Shown here: in pieces, positions 29,102 through 38,547 of the stretch
How the letters are laid out: each line of letters begins with the position of its first letter
Position numbering within the stretch: position 1 is the stretch's first letter
Origin: Myxococcota bacterium
Lineage (GTDB): Bacteria > Myxococcota_A > UBA9160 > UBA4427
Length of the DNA stretch: 57,017 nt
Direction of reading: 5' to 3'
Assembly (NCBI GenBank): GCA_036336835.1
Contig: JAYZFK010000071.1
Location: 1 to 57,017, forward strand
Position numbers and translations under genes: made by a program
The notes under the pieces: generated by a model
What the model saw: the letters and a program-made list of their open reading frames with translations, nothing else
Databases searched by the model: none
What the model was told of the DNA's origin: nothing

Positions 29102-30490
29102 TCAGCCCGCGCGCCGCGGCGCGAGCCCCCACACCACCACCCCGACGCCCGCCAGCGACGAGAGCGCAACGACGAAGAGGCCCAGCGCGGTCAAGGACGT
29201 CGCCCACGGCGGCCAGGTCGGCACCGACTGCGCGCACTGGCTCGCCACCCCGTCCGGGACGACCCGGAACACCTCGCCTGCGCGATCGACGATGTAGAGC
29301 TCGCCGACAGCATCGAGCCCGAAGGAGGTGATGGAGCCGATCGACAGGCCCCCGCCCGGCGCCAGCTCGGCAGTGCGATCGGTCACCTGCGTCGCGCTGC
29401 CGCCGTCCATCTTCAGGCTCCAGATCTGGCTCGAGCAGAAATCCGCCAGGAAGTAGCTGCCCTGCAGATCGGGGATCGCACAGCCCCGGTACACCTCGCC
29501 CCCCGTGACCGAGCAGCGGAATGGGGAGCCCCCGCGCGCGTACTCGTAGACCGGGTCGATCGATGAGGTGGCGGCGCAGCTCGCGCTCGTATCGAACGGG
29601 TGCGCTCCCTCGCGGCAGCGCCAGCCCCAGTTCTCGCCGCCGACGCTCGAAGCCGGCTGGAAGTCGAGTTCCTCCCAGCTCGACTGCCCGACATCGGCGA
29701 TGTACAGGTCGCCCGTCACGCGGTCGAACGCGTTGCGCCAGGGATTGCGCAGCCCGTAGGCCCAGATCTCGTCGTCGCCAGTCACGCCCACGAAGGGATT
29801 GTCGGGGGGAATCCCGTAGGCGCCGCCGCCGCTCGCGTCGACGTCGATCCGCAGCAGCTTCCCGAGCAGGTTGGACGTGATGTCCTGGGAGTTGCCAACG
29901 CCCGGTGTGTGGCCCGCGCCGTTGTCGCCGCTACCGCCGCCGTCGCCCGTCGCGATGTAGAGCATCCCGTCGAGCGGACCGAAGCCGAGCCAGCCACCGT
30001 TGTGGTTACCCTGGGGCTGCGCGAGCGTGAGCAGCATCTGCTCGCTCGTCGCATCGGCGAGCTGCGGAGTCTGGGCGGGAACCGAGAAGCGCGAGACGAA
30101 GGTCGTGCCACCGGCCCCCGTGTAGTCGACGTAGAACCAGCCATTGTTCTGGAAGTCCGGATGAAAGGCGAGACCGAGCAGCCCTCGCTCGTTGGCGTCG
30201 TTGACCACGCGGTCGGTGATGTCGAGGAACGCGGTGGCGACCAGCGCCGGCGGCTCGGCCGTGAGATCGACGATCCGGATCCGCCCGGCCTGCTCGACGA
30301 CGAACAGACGGCTCTCGTCGCCCGGCGCGGCGGTGACGAACAGCGGCTGGTCGAGCCCGCCGACCACGAGCTCGCTGGTCAACGGCGTGGCGGCCAGACC
30401 GCTGCCACCCCACAGGCAACCCGCCGCGAACACGGCGAGGGCGCCGACGTGCAGCCAGTTTCGCCTATGTGCCGGGCCACACCGAGTCAT
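29102..30490 (-). CDS. Secreted PQQ-dependent sugar dehydrogenase (glucose/sorbosone dehydrogenase family) with C-terminal membrane anchor
   Basis: ATG 30490 with signal peptide; ERGLLGLAFHP, NHNGG, GDGG, GKLLRID, YGLRNPWR, ADVGQ, SFG; tail VPTWPPW-TM-RR. Confidence 0.87.
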   Translation of the reverse strand: MTRCGPAHRRNWLHVGALAVFAAGCLWGGSGLAATPLTSELVVGGLDQPLFVTAAPGDESRLFVVEQAGRIRIVDLTAEPPALVATAFLDITDRVVNDANERGLLGLAFHPDFQNNGWFYVDYTGAGGTTFVSRFSVPAQTPQLADATSEQMLLTLAQPQGNHNGGWLGFGPLDGMLYIATGDGGGSGDNGAGHTPGVGNSQDITSNLLGKLLRIDVDASGGGAYGIPPDNPFVGVTGDDEIWAYGLRNPWRNAFDRVTGDLYIADVGQSSWEELDFQPASSVGGENWGWRCREGAHPFDTSASCAATSSIDPVYEYARGGSPFRCSVTGGEVYRGCAIPDLQGSYFLADFCSSQIWSLKMDGGSATQVTDRTAELAPGGGLSIGSITSFGLDAVGELYIVDRAGEVFRVVPDGVASQCAQSVPTWPPWATSLTALGLFVVALSSLAGVGVVVWGLAPRRAG

Positions 30491-30524
30491 AAAACCTCGT
30501 CCTCCGCCGCGCGGGATCGCGCGC

Positions 30525-31010
30525 TCAGATGCCGCGTTCGGCGGGTGCGGTATCGCGCACGCCGACTGCCCGCTGCAAGCCGAGCCGCGCGGCGGCGGCC
30601 GAGGGCTCGAGGCGCAGCGCCTCGCGGAAATCCGCGGCAGCGTCGGCAAAGCGGCCGCGGCCGAGCAGGATCGCGCCCCGGTTGCTGAAGCTGCGCCAGT
30701 TGCTCGCATCGGCAGCGATGGCATCCGCGCAGCGCCCCAGCGCCGCGTCGCCGAACCCGAGCCCGAGCCCGAGCCCGCTGTAGGCTGCGCACAGATTCGC
30801 CAGCGCGAGCGAGCGCTCGTGTGCTGGCAGCCGGCTCTCGAGCGCCTCCTCGAGCAGGTCCGCACCGCGTCGATACTGCTCGGCGGCAACCGCGCGCGTT
30901 CCCTGGACCAGCGGCGAGGTCGCGCCCCACAGGATCATGCCGTCCGCGCCCGTCGTGCCGGCGGCCAGGCAGGCGAAGGCGGCGCAGAGTACTGCTCGTT
31001 CAGGCCTCAT
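30525..31010 (-). CDS. Exported tetratricopeptide-repeat (TPR) protein
   Basis: Signal-like N-terminus; TPR pattern SNRGAILLGRGRFADAAADFREALRLEP. Confidence 0.75.
   Translation of the reverse strand: MRPERAVLCAAFACLAAGTTGADGMILWGATSPLVQGTRAVAAEQYRRGADLLEEALESRLPAHERSLALANLCAAYSGLGLGLGFGDAALGRCADAIAADASNWRSFSNRGAILLGRGRFADAAADFREALRLEPSAAAARLGLQRAVGVRDTAPAERGI
30751..30777. repeat. In-frame hexanucleotide tandem repeat (CCGAAC + 3x CCGAGC)
   Basis: Seen directly; encodes GLGLGLGF in the TPR protein. Confidence 0.7.
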
Positions 31011-31085
31011 GACTCAGACCCCTCGGCCACCGAGCCGCCCCGAGTGTCAGGGCCGATCCGCGTCGCATGCCACCGTCGCCCGCGG

Positions 31086-31845
31086 TCATCGCTGTATCTC
31101 GATCGGCCGACGCCTCACCATCGCGAGTCCTGCAGTCAGCAGCAGCCCGAAGAGCAGCACGGTCGCCGCAGCAGGCAAGCTGTCGGCCGGCGGAGGCGGA
31201 ATGGCAGCCACGCCGAGCTGGAGTGCCAATGTCTCCGGTGGCGAGCGCGGCGCCGAGTCCGTCGGATGCACTCCCGACGGCCTGAAACTCCAGATCCGGC
31301 GCACCGCCGGGACTGGTGACATCGCGGGAACCTGACGTGGCGAGCGGCCCCAGCAGCACGACCACGACGCCACCGGGGGGGAAGAAGCCGTCTGCCGTGG
31401 TGGCGTAGGGCGCGCCGATGAAGAGCTCGTCGTCGCCATCACCGTCGATGTTCCCCGCCGCCAGCGCATAGCCAAAGCCCGGCGCCGCTTCGCCCTCGGC
31501 GAAGATCGTCAGATCTGCGGACGCCGCGGGGTCGCCCAGGTCGATCACGAGAGGCGACGTGAAGGGCCCCCCGTAGAAGACGTAGACCGCCCCGGAATCG
31601 GCACCGGGGCCCGGGGAGGCGCCACTGACGGCCAGGTCCTGGACACCGTCGCCATCGAAGTCTCCGACGGCCACGGAGTAGGTGAAGTACTCCACCTTCA
31701 GCGGTACGACGAAATCGCCCTGGATGATCAGGAGGTCGGGGGCGGGACCCGCGACCAGGTCCACGGTAAGGGTCGCCGCCGCTAGCTGCGCTACCGCCAG
31801 CGAAGCGATCGCCGATAGGGAAGCTCTTCCGTACATCATGCTCAC
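31086..31845 (-). pseudogene. FG-GAP repeat surface protein with a frameshift before its C-terminal anchor (pseudogene or sequence error)
   Basis: Signal peptide and FG-GAP repeats (VGDFDGDGVQDLAV, AGNIDGDGDDELFIGAP, GLGAALATGDIG) lie in one frame. The tail IPPPPADSLPAAATVLLFGLLLTAGLAMVRRR lies in the +1 frame and stops at 31086. Confidence 0.65.
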
Positions 31846-32045
31846 CTCCCCCTCCCCAGGGATTGGTGATGCGCCGCTACGATCTTCTGCTCGACCCGAG
31901 GAGTCTACTACACCGACCCGTGTGATTGAGAAGATGCGCCCGGGCGGGTCTCGCGTCGAGAGCTTGCTCGCACAGCTCCGTCCGAACGGAGATCCTCCGA
32001 CGAAACAGTGCCTGTACCGGCTAGAATGGCGTCAGGAGGTTCCCC

Positions 32046-32897
32046 GTGTCGAACGAATCGCGCCGTCTCATCCCAGCCAGCGAGCACTGGCCCGTTCCCG
32101 ACTGGCATTTCGAGAAGATCGACCGCGAAATGGACTGCGACGACAAGACGCGCATGCTGGGCGTCGTGCAACGAATGGGGACGCAGGACGTGCCCGATCT
32201 CTCCTCGATCGACTGGGCGCAAGAGCTCGCGGCCTTTGCCGAGGTCGAGTACCCCAGCTACTACCAGCAGCCCTTCCACAGCGTTCCCGGCGGCTACCTG
32301 TCGGAGCAGGCTGCCGCCGCAGACCGCCGCGCGATGGAGGCGATCTACCAGGACTTCCACCCGCAGCGTTCGCTCGGAATTCGCAACGAGCTCGCCACGC
32401 TGATCCCCGAGAGCGCGCGCAGCGTGGCCGACCTCGGCAGCGGCACCGGAGACGCCGCGGCCGCGATCGCGCGACGCCTGCCCGAGGCCGAGGTGCTCGG
32501 CCTCGACGCATCGCCCTTCATGACCGTCGCCGCGCGTCACCAGAACCCGGGCATCCCGAACCTGCGGCTGGAACACGGCTTCGCCGAGCGCACGGGCCTG
32601 CCGGACGCGAGCATGGACGCCGTCGCGATCACGCTCGTCTTCCACGAATGTCCGGACAAGATCAAGACCGACATCCTGGCGGAGGCCCACCGCATCCTGA
32701 AGCCGGGCGGCACCCTCGTGCTGAGCGACACCCCGAACGACGACCTGCACACCTACCGCGGCTTCTACGAGCCGTACAAGGAACAGTGGCTCGTCTTCGA
32801 TCCGGATGCGTTCCTCGAAGCCGCGGGCTTCGAGGACACCAGAGACCATCCAGTGGCACCGCCGCTCTGGAGCCGGGTCGCCCGCAAGGCTGCCTGA
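32046..32897 (+). CDS. Class I SAM-dependent methyltransferase
   Basis: SD AGGAGG; VADLGSGTG, GLDASP, FHE, RILKPGG. Confidence 0.88.
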   Translation: MSNESRRLIPASEHWPVPDWHFEKIDREMDCDDKTRMLGVVQRMGTQDVPDLSSIDWAQELAAFAEVEYPSYYQQPFHSVPGGYLSEQAAAADRRAMEAIYQDFHPQRSLGIRNELATLIPESARSVADLGSGTGDAAAAIARRLPEAEVLGLDASPFMTVAARHQNPGIPNLRLEHGFAERTGLPDASMDAVAITLVFHECPDKIKTDILAEAHRILKPGGTLVLSDTPNDDLHTYRGFYEPYKEQWLVFDPDAFLEAAGFEDTRDHPVAPPLWSRVARKAA

Positions 32898-32948
32898 CCT
32901 CTCGCCGACGCAACGTTCGGGTGTGCCGCGAGCCGCTGGTCGCAGCGG

Positions 32949-33854
32949 CTAGAGGCCGTAGCCGCCCGACTCGCCGCCCGACATGGCGGCCCGCTGGGCG
33001 GCCAGCCGTCCGGGAAGATCGACCGGCTGCCAGCCCTCGACGAGCTGCGCACCGTGCAGGTCGTACACTGGCCGAGCGAGCTCGACGAGCAGGTCGAGGC
33101 TGTAAGCGATCCGCGCGTGCAACGGCTCCGCCGCCGTCGGCGACGCGCTGCACAGCGCCAGGCCGGCCTCGATCATCGTCTCGAGCGGCTCGAACAGGTC
33201 GGGGTGGATCAGGCCGGACTCGCGCGCCGGGGCGAGCGCCGGGGTGAGGATCGCCGCCTGCGGCGTCAGCGCGTTGATCGCGATGCCCTGCCCTTCGACC
33301 TCGGATGCGACGCCTACTGTCAGCCGGTCGAGCATCGCCTTGCTGCCGCCGTAGAGCGTGCCGGCCTTGGCGGGTCCGTTCGTAGCGAAAGGCGGCCCCT
33401 CCGGCAGCGCCGCCACCGAGGTAGTCAGGTTGAGCACCCAGCCTCGGCCGCGTTTGCGCATCCCCGGGACGGCCCGTTGCATCAGCACCCAGGGCGCCCA
33501 GACGTTGACCTCCTGCGTGCCCAGGAAGTCGTCGCGCGTGAACGTGTCGAATGGCTGGTATGGACCCACGGCCGCATTGTTCACCAGGATGTCGACCGGA
33601 CCGAGCTCGGCTTCGGCACGCTCCACCAGATCCTCGCGGCCACCGTCGGGATCTCCGAGATCGCAGGGCAGCACCACGGCGGTGCCACCGACGGCCTCGA
33701 TCGCATCCCGACACTCCTCGAGCCCGGGCTCGTTGCGCGCGGTGATTGCGACCGCCGCACCCTCGGCGGCCAGGCGGAGCGCGAGTGATGTCCCGGTGCC
33801 TCCCCGACTTGCGCCCGTGACCAGGGCGACTGTGCCCTCACAGGATCCGGACAC
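32949..33854 (-). CDS. SDR family oxidoreductase
   Basis: TGASRGGTG, NNAA, YGGSK. Confidence 0.88.
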   Translation of the reverse strand: MSGSCEGTVALVTGASRGGTGTSLALRLAAEGAAVAITARNEPGLEECRDAIEAVGGTAVVLPCDLGDPDGGREDLVERAEAELGPVDILVNNAAVGPYQPFDTFTRDDFLGTQEVNVWAPWVLMQRAVPGMRKRGRGWVLNLTTSVAALPEGPPFATNGPAKAGTLYGGSKAMLDRLTVGVASEVEGQGIAINALTPQAAILTPALAPARESGLIHPDLFEPLETMIEAGLALCSASPTAAEPLHARIAYSLDLLVELARPVYDLHGAQLVEGWQPVDLPGRLAAQRAAMSGGESGGYGL

Positions 33855-33881
33855 GATCGCCTCGCTCCGTGGTGACGTCGC

Positions 33882-34733
33882 TCATCGCGGCTGGATGCCC
33901 GCCGACTCGATCACCGGCGCATTCGTCCAGCCGCCGGAGGGCAGTCGATAGAAGCCGCTCGCCGCGATCGCGCCACCGTCGACCGGCAGCGTGATCCCCG
34001 TGACCCAGGAGGACAGCTCGGACGCCAGGAACAAGACGGCCCCCGCGTGGTCGTCGGGACGACCGAAGCGCCCGAGCGGAATCATGTATTCGATCTTGTC
34101 GCGATGGGATTCCGAGATCCAGTCTTGGACCGGCACCTGGCTCGTGTCGGTGGTCTCGGGCGCGATGGCGTTGACGCGAACTCCGCGCGGCGCGACCTCC
34201 AGTGCAAAGCTTCGCGTGAAGGCCGTGATCGCCGTCTTGAACGCCGAGTAGATCGCGTTGCCCGGGATGCCGCGAAGCGTCTCGATGGTCGACACGCTGA
34301 TGATGCAGCCCGACCCGCGTTCGACCATGCCCGGCGCGAACGCCTTCGTGCAGCGGAAGATGTGACGGAGGTTGACGTCGTACAATCCCTCCCAGTCCGC
34401 CTCCGACGTCCTCAGGAACGGCCCGGCGCCCGGCATGAAGTGGCCGACGTTGTTGACCAGGATGTCCACCCGCTCGAAGCGAGAGAGCGCTTCCGAGGTC
34501 AGCCGCTCGACGCCTTCGGCGGTAGTGACGTCGGCCGTGCAGGCCAGCGCCGAGCCGCCGCGGCCTTCGATGGCCGCCGCAACCTCCGCCGCCAGCTTCT
34601 CGTCCTTGTCGACGACGACTGCGCTGGCGCCGTGGGCGGCCAGGGTCTCCACGATCGACTTGCCGATACCGCTTCCCGATCCCGTGACCAGCGCCACCTG
34701 GCCATCCAACGAAGTTGCATCTCGCTCCAGCAT
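33882..34733 (-). CDS. SDR family oxidoreductase
   Basis: TGSGSGIG, NNVG, YSAFK, VDGG. Confidence 0.9.
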   Translation of the reverse strand: MLERDATSLDGQVALVTGSGSGIGKSIVETLAAHGASAVVVDKDEKLAAEVAAAIEGRGGSALACTADVTTAEGVERLTSEALSRFERVDILVNNVGHFMPGAGPFLRTSEADWEGLYDVNLRHIFRCTKAFAPGMVERGSGCIISVSTIETLRGIPGNAIYSAFKTAITAFTRSFALEVAPRGVRVNAIAPETTDTSQVPVQDWISESHRDKIEYMIPLGRFGRPDDHAGAVLFLASELSSWVTGITLPVDGGAIAASGFYRLPSGGWTNAPVIESAGIQPR

Positions 34734-34837
34734 GCTGTCCTCCTCTCGACTCTGGGTCGGACCTTTCGGGTCGGGCCGCGACGGTGATCATATCCGAGGG
34801 GGACGGCCGTGCGGCACTTCGCACGAGTCCGATCGCG

Positions 34838-34849
34838 TAGAATCGCTCC
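34838..34849 (+). promoter_or_regulatory. Putative -10 (TAGAAT) of a leaderless promoter
   Basis: TAGAAT 34838-34843, then 6 nt, then ATG 34850; no SD. Confidence 0.55.
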
Positions 34850-36040
34850 ATGGCCAGCACCCGTTTCGACCCGCTCAGCCTGGATGCCGACTCGATCATC
34901 GCCGAGGCGCGCGAGCGCGCCGGTCTCGAGCAATTTGGCGACGAATCCTTCCAGCAGCCCATGCGCCGGATGCTCGAGGCATACGAGAGCGAAGCCGATC
35001 TCAACGAGAACGGCCGCATGGCTCAGCGCGACCGCACCATCGGCCTGCTGGTCAACCGCCTGCGCCTCGAGCAATGGCTGACCCGCCACCCCGAGATCCA
35101 GGACGAGGAGCTGCGCGTCCCGGTCGTCGTCTGCGGGCTGCCGCGCACCGGGACGACGATGCTGCACCGCCTGCTGGCGAGCGATCCCGATACGCTCGCC
35201 GTTCGCTGGTTCGAGTGCCGCTATCCGGCGCCGCTCGAGGGCAACGACTGGACGCGGGAGGATGCGCGCATCCCGGCGGCGCGGCAGGAAATCGGCCAGC
35301 TGCTCGAAGCCGTTCCCGGGCTGGCAACGGTCCACCCGTGGGATGCCGAGGGCCCCGACGAAGAGATCATGCTGCTGGAGAACACCTTCCTCTCGTGGAT
35401 GCCCGAGTCCCACGCCAACGTGCCGGAGTTCGGCCGCTGGGTGCGCGAGCAGGACCGGACTCCCGCCTACGAATATCTCGCAACGCTGCTGCGCTTCCTG
35501 CAGTGGCAGAAGCGGCGAGCCGGTGACGAGGCCAGCAGCTGGGTGCTGAAGGCGCCCTATCACCTCGGTGTGGTCGAGCTGCTGCTCGAAGCCTTCCCGG
35601 ACGCCACGGTGGTCCAGACGCACCGCGATCCGTTCGAGACCATCCCGTCGATCTGCAGCATGCAGCTGTTCCTGTGGCAGCTCGGCTGCGACGAGCCCGA
35701 CCCGCACCAGTGCGGCCGACTCTGGGGAGGCAACTGGATGCACGCCCTGCGCCACGCCCTCGCGATGCGCGACACGCGCTATCCGGATCGCTTCGTCGAC
35801 ATCTGGTATCGCGACGTCGCGCAGGACCCGGTCAGCCAGCTGAAACGGATCCACGAAGCGACGGGTCGCAAGCTGGACGCCGAGGCGGAGGCCAGCGCAC
35901 GCCGCTGGGCCGACGAGAACCGGCGCGAGAACCGACCGCCCCACGAGTACACGATGGAGACGTTCGGCTTCAGCGAGCAGCAGCTGGCCGCCGACTTCCA
36001 CGAGTACCGGGAGCGCTTCATCCTCCCGCGCGCCGGCTGA
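34850..36040 (+). CDS. PAPS-dependent sulfotransferase (Sulfotransfer_3 type)
   Basis: GLPRTGTT (5'-PSB loop), WVLKAP, THRDP. Confidence 0.9.
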   Translation: MASTRFDPLSLDADSIIAEARERAGLEQFGDESFQQPMRRMLEAYESEADLNENGRMAQRDRTIGLLVNRLRLEQWLTRHPEIQDEELRVPVVVCGLPRTGTTMLHRLLASDPDTLAVRWFECRYPAPLEGNDWTREDARIPAARQEIGQLLEAVPGLATVHPWDAEGPDEEIMLLENTFLSWMPESHANVPEFGRWVREQDRTPAYEYLATLLRFLQWQKRRAGDEASSWVLKAPYHLGVVELLLEAFPDATVVQTHRDPFETIPSICSMQLFLWQLGCDEPDPHQCGRLWGGNWMHALRHALAMRDTRYPDRFVDIWYRDVAQDPVSQLKRIHEATGRKLDAEAEASARRWADENRRENRPPHEYTMETFGFSEQQLAADFHEYRERFILPRAG

Positions 36041-36151
36041 CCTCGAGCTCGAAGACCTGGCGGGCGCAAACGCGTCGCCCTGCGAGCTGCTCGCGAGCGC
36101 GACGATCGGGTTGCAGCCCAGCGGCGCGGGAACCCGCACGGTGCGAGGTCT

Positions 36152-36874
36152 TCAGCCAAACTCCGAATCGTCGAAGCGAAAGCCTTCACGGGTCATCACC
36201 AGGCGGTGGCGCGGACCCTCGATCGAGGCGTCGCGCGCTTCGTAGCCGGCGTCGCCCTGCCACATCGCGATCATCCCCTCGTCGCTCTTCACGATCTGGG
36301 TGACGTAGCTGCGCGGGCCCTCGCGGCCGAGCCCCGCAAGGGCCTCGTCGACCGTCTGGTAGCGATCCAGCGCGTGGAGGGTGACGAAGGTCGGCGGGAC
36401 CAGCTCGATCGTGCCCTCGCGCTGCTGCGCGAGCGCATCGACCGGCCGGACCCATTGACTCTCGGTGATCTCGCCATCGTCGATCTGGACGTCTCCCTCG
36501 GGTGCGCGCGCGGCGAAGAACCAGGTGGAGAAGCGCTTGATCTCGAGCGGCGGCGGCGTCCAGTGCGAGAACCAGACGAGCTCCGCGGGATCGACCGCCA
36601 GCGACGCCTCTTCGTCCGCCTCTCGCGCGGCCGCGATGCGCGCGCGCTGCTCCATCTCGTCGCCGGGCCCGCCGTCATCGTCGTCGACCCGACCACCCGG
36701 GAACACCCACATGCCGCCGAAGGCGATCTTCGAGTTCTTGCGCAGCATGATGGTTTCGATGCCGTCGGGGCCGTCGCGCAGCAGTGTCACCGTCGCCGCC
36801 GGGATCAGGACCGAGGCATCCCCCTTGCCCGCAGAAATCCGCTCGCTGAGACTCCGCTCGCCCCCATCCGCCAT
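36152..36874 (-). CDS. NUDIX hydrolase
   Basis: ATG 36874; PAATV, VFPGGRVD, AAAREADEEA, SHWTPP, RFSTWFF. Confidence 0.88.
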   Translation of the reverse strand: MADGGERSLSERISAGKGDASVLIPAATVTLLRDGPDGIETIMLRKNSKIAFGGMWVFPGGRVDDDDGGPGDEMEQRARIAAAREADEEASLAVDPAELVWFSHWTPPPLEIKRFSTWFFAARAPEGDVQIDDGEITESQWVRPVDALAQQREGTIELVPPTFVTLHALDRYQTVDEALAGLGREGPRSYVTQIVKSDEGMIAMWQGDAGYEARDASIEGPRHRLVMTREGFRFDDSEFG

Positions 36875-36950
36875 GGCCTCTCCTCCCGCTCTGCCCAACG
36901 CCGCGCGCAACTGTACGCGATCGATGACATACTGGGAGCGAGGAGAAGTC

Positions 36951-37856
36951 ATGGCAACCGCGACGAACACGCTCAGCCTGGACGTCACGCGGCTCACGGG
37001 CTCTCTCGGCGCCGAGATCCGCGGAATCGATCTGGCCGAAGTGGGCCCCCGCGAGGCCGACTCCATCCAGAGCCTGCTGATCGAGCACCTGGTGCTGCTC
37101 TTTCCGGATCAGCACCTGACAGCCGACGAGCACATCGCCTTTGGCCGGCACTTCGGCAAGCTCGAGGGCCACCCCAACGTCCCCGGTTCGTCCGAGCGAT
37201 CGGAACTGTTCGAGTTGCGAGCCTCGCAGGGGGCCATCGCGGACGAGTGGCACAGCGACCTCACATGTCAGTCCCAGCCCTCGGTGCTGGCGATCCTGAA
37301 CATGGTGAAGTGCCCGTCGGTCGGCGGCGACACGATGTGGGCCAGCATGTACAAGGCCTACGACGAGCTCTCGAAGCCGATGCAGGAGTTTTGCGAGGGC
37401 CTCAGCGCACTCCACGACGCGCATCCACACGGCAAGCCGGAGGTAATGTCGGTCCATCCCGTGGTGCGCGTGCACCCTGTGACGCGGCGCAAGTCGTTGT
37501 TCGTCAACGAGCACTTCACGCGGCGCATCGTCGAGCTGAGCCACGGCGAGAGTGACGTGCTGCTGCGCTACTTGACGCGCTGGGCGTCGAGCCCGCGCTT
37601 CGCAGTCCGCTACCACTGGACGGCCGGGACCATCGCAATGTGGGACAACCGCTGCACGCAACACTATGTACTCGACGACTTCGACGAGGAGCGGGTGATC
37701 CAACGCGTCACCGTCATGGGCGACGAGCCCGAGGCGGCTAGCCCCGCGCGCTGGGACCCCCACGTCTACAGTGGAGCACCCGCCGCGATGGGCCGACACG
37801 ATCGCCAGCTTCAGGCGTATTTCCGGCAGCAGGAAAAATCACAGGAATCGCAGTAG
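36951..37856 (+). CDS. TauD/TfdA family Fe(II)/2-oxoglutarate dioxygenase
   Basis: ATG 36951 after AGGAG; WHSD, GGDTMW, HPVVRVHP, WDNRCTQH. Confidence 0.92.
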   Translation: MATATNTLSLDVTRLTGSLGAEIRGIDLAEVGPREADSIQSLLIEHLVLLFPDQHLTADEHIAFGRHFGKLEGHPNVPGSSERSELFELRASQGAIADEWHSDLTCQSQPSVLAILNMVKCPSVGGDTMWASMYKAYDELSKPMQEFCEGLSALHDAHPHGKPEVMSVHPVVRVHPVTRRKSLFVNEHFTRRIVELSHGESDVLLRYLTRWASSPRFAVRYHWTAGTIAMWDNRCTQHYVLDDFDEERVIQRVTVMGDEPEAASPARWDPHVYSGAPAAMGRHDRQLQAYFRQQEKSQESQ

Positions 37857-37867
37857 GCGAGCCCGAC

Positions 37868-38320
37868 TCAGGGCTCACAGACGAAGACCGGGATACTGCG
37901 GTCGGTCCGCGCCTGGTAGTCGTCGTAGGACGGGTAGTGCTCGACGCAGGTCGGCCACACCTGCGCCTTCTCCTCACCGGCGACCTGGCGAGCCCGGAGC
38001 TTCATCTTCCGGCTCTTGTACTGCACCTCGATGTCGGGATGCTTGACCAGGTTGTGGAACCAGACCGGCGACTTCGGCGCACCGCCCTGTGACGCGACGA
38101 TGATGACCCCATCCTTGTAGGGGACGTACATCAGCGGAACCGTGCGAGTCTTTCCGCTCTTCGCGCCCGTCATCGTGACCAGGCAGACAGGCCTCCCCTG
38201 GAAGGAACCCATCAAGCGCCCGCCCGTCAGGCGGTACACCAACGTATTGAAGCCCGAGAACGGCTTGATGAAGCGCCGCATCTGCTTGAACTCCGACTCG
38301 GTCATCGGCTTCTGCGCCAT
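37868..38320 (-). CDS. Deazaflavin (F420)-dependent nitroreductase family (Ddn-like)
   Basis: ATG 38320; GAKSGKTRTVPL, VASQGGAPKSPVWFHNL, YQARTDRSIPV. Confidence 0.9.
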   Translation of the reverse strand: MAQKPMTESEFKQMRRFIKPFSGFNTLVYRLTGGRLMGSFQGRPVCLVTMTGAKSGKTRTVPLMYVPYKDGVIIVASQGGAPKSPVWFHNLVKHPDIEVQYKSRKMKLRARQVAGEEKAQVWPTCVEHYPSYDDYQARTDRSIPVFVCEP

Positions 38321-38547
38321 AGCCTCTCCTCCCCGCCGGCAAGCCAGCAAACCCGTCCAAGGATGCCGAACCCACGGCGCGTCGCCAGCAATCCAGCCGA
38401 GCGCCCAAGCTCGCGTTTCTTGCAGGCCCGCGATCCCGCGATGTATCGTGCGGCCTTCGGAGGCCCCGTGAAGCGGACCGAGCTGGAAGGACAGATGTTG
38501 GCCGTGGACCCGCGGGATCTTGCGACCCTCGTGCTCGAAGCGCGCTC

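Noticed and set aside
31375..31381. G7 homopolymer as the cause of the FG-GAP frameshift or of phase variation
   Set aside because: FG-GAP-like sequence continues in the same frame for about 50 codons past the tract, so the shift is further downstream.
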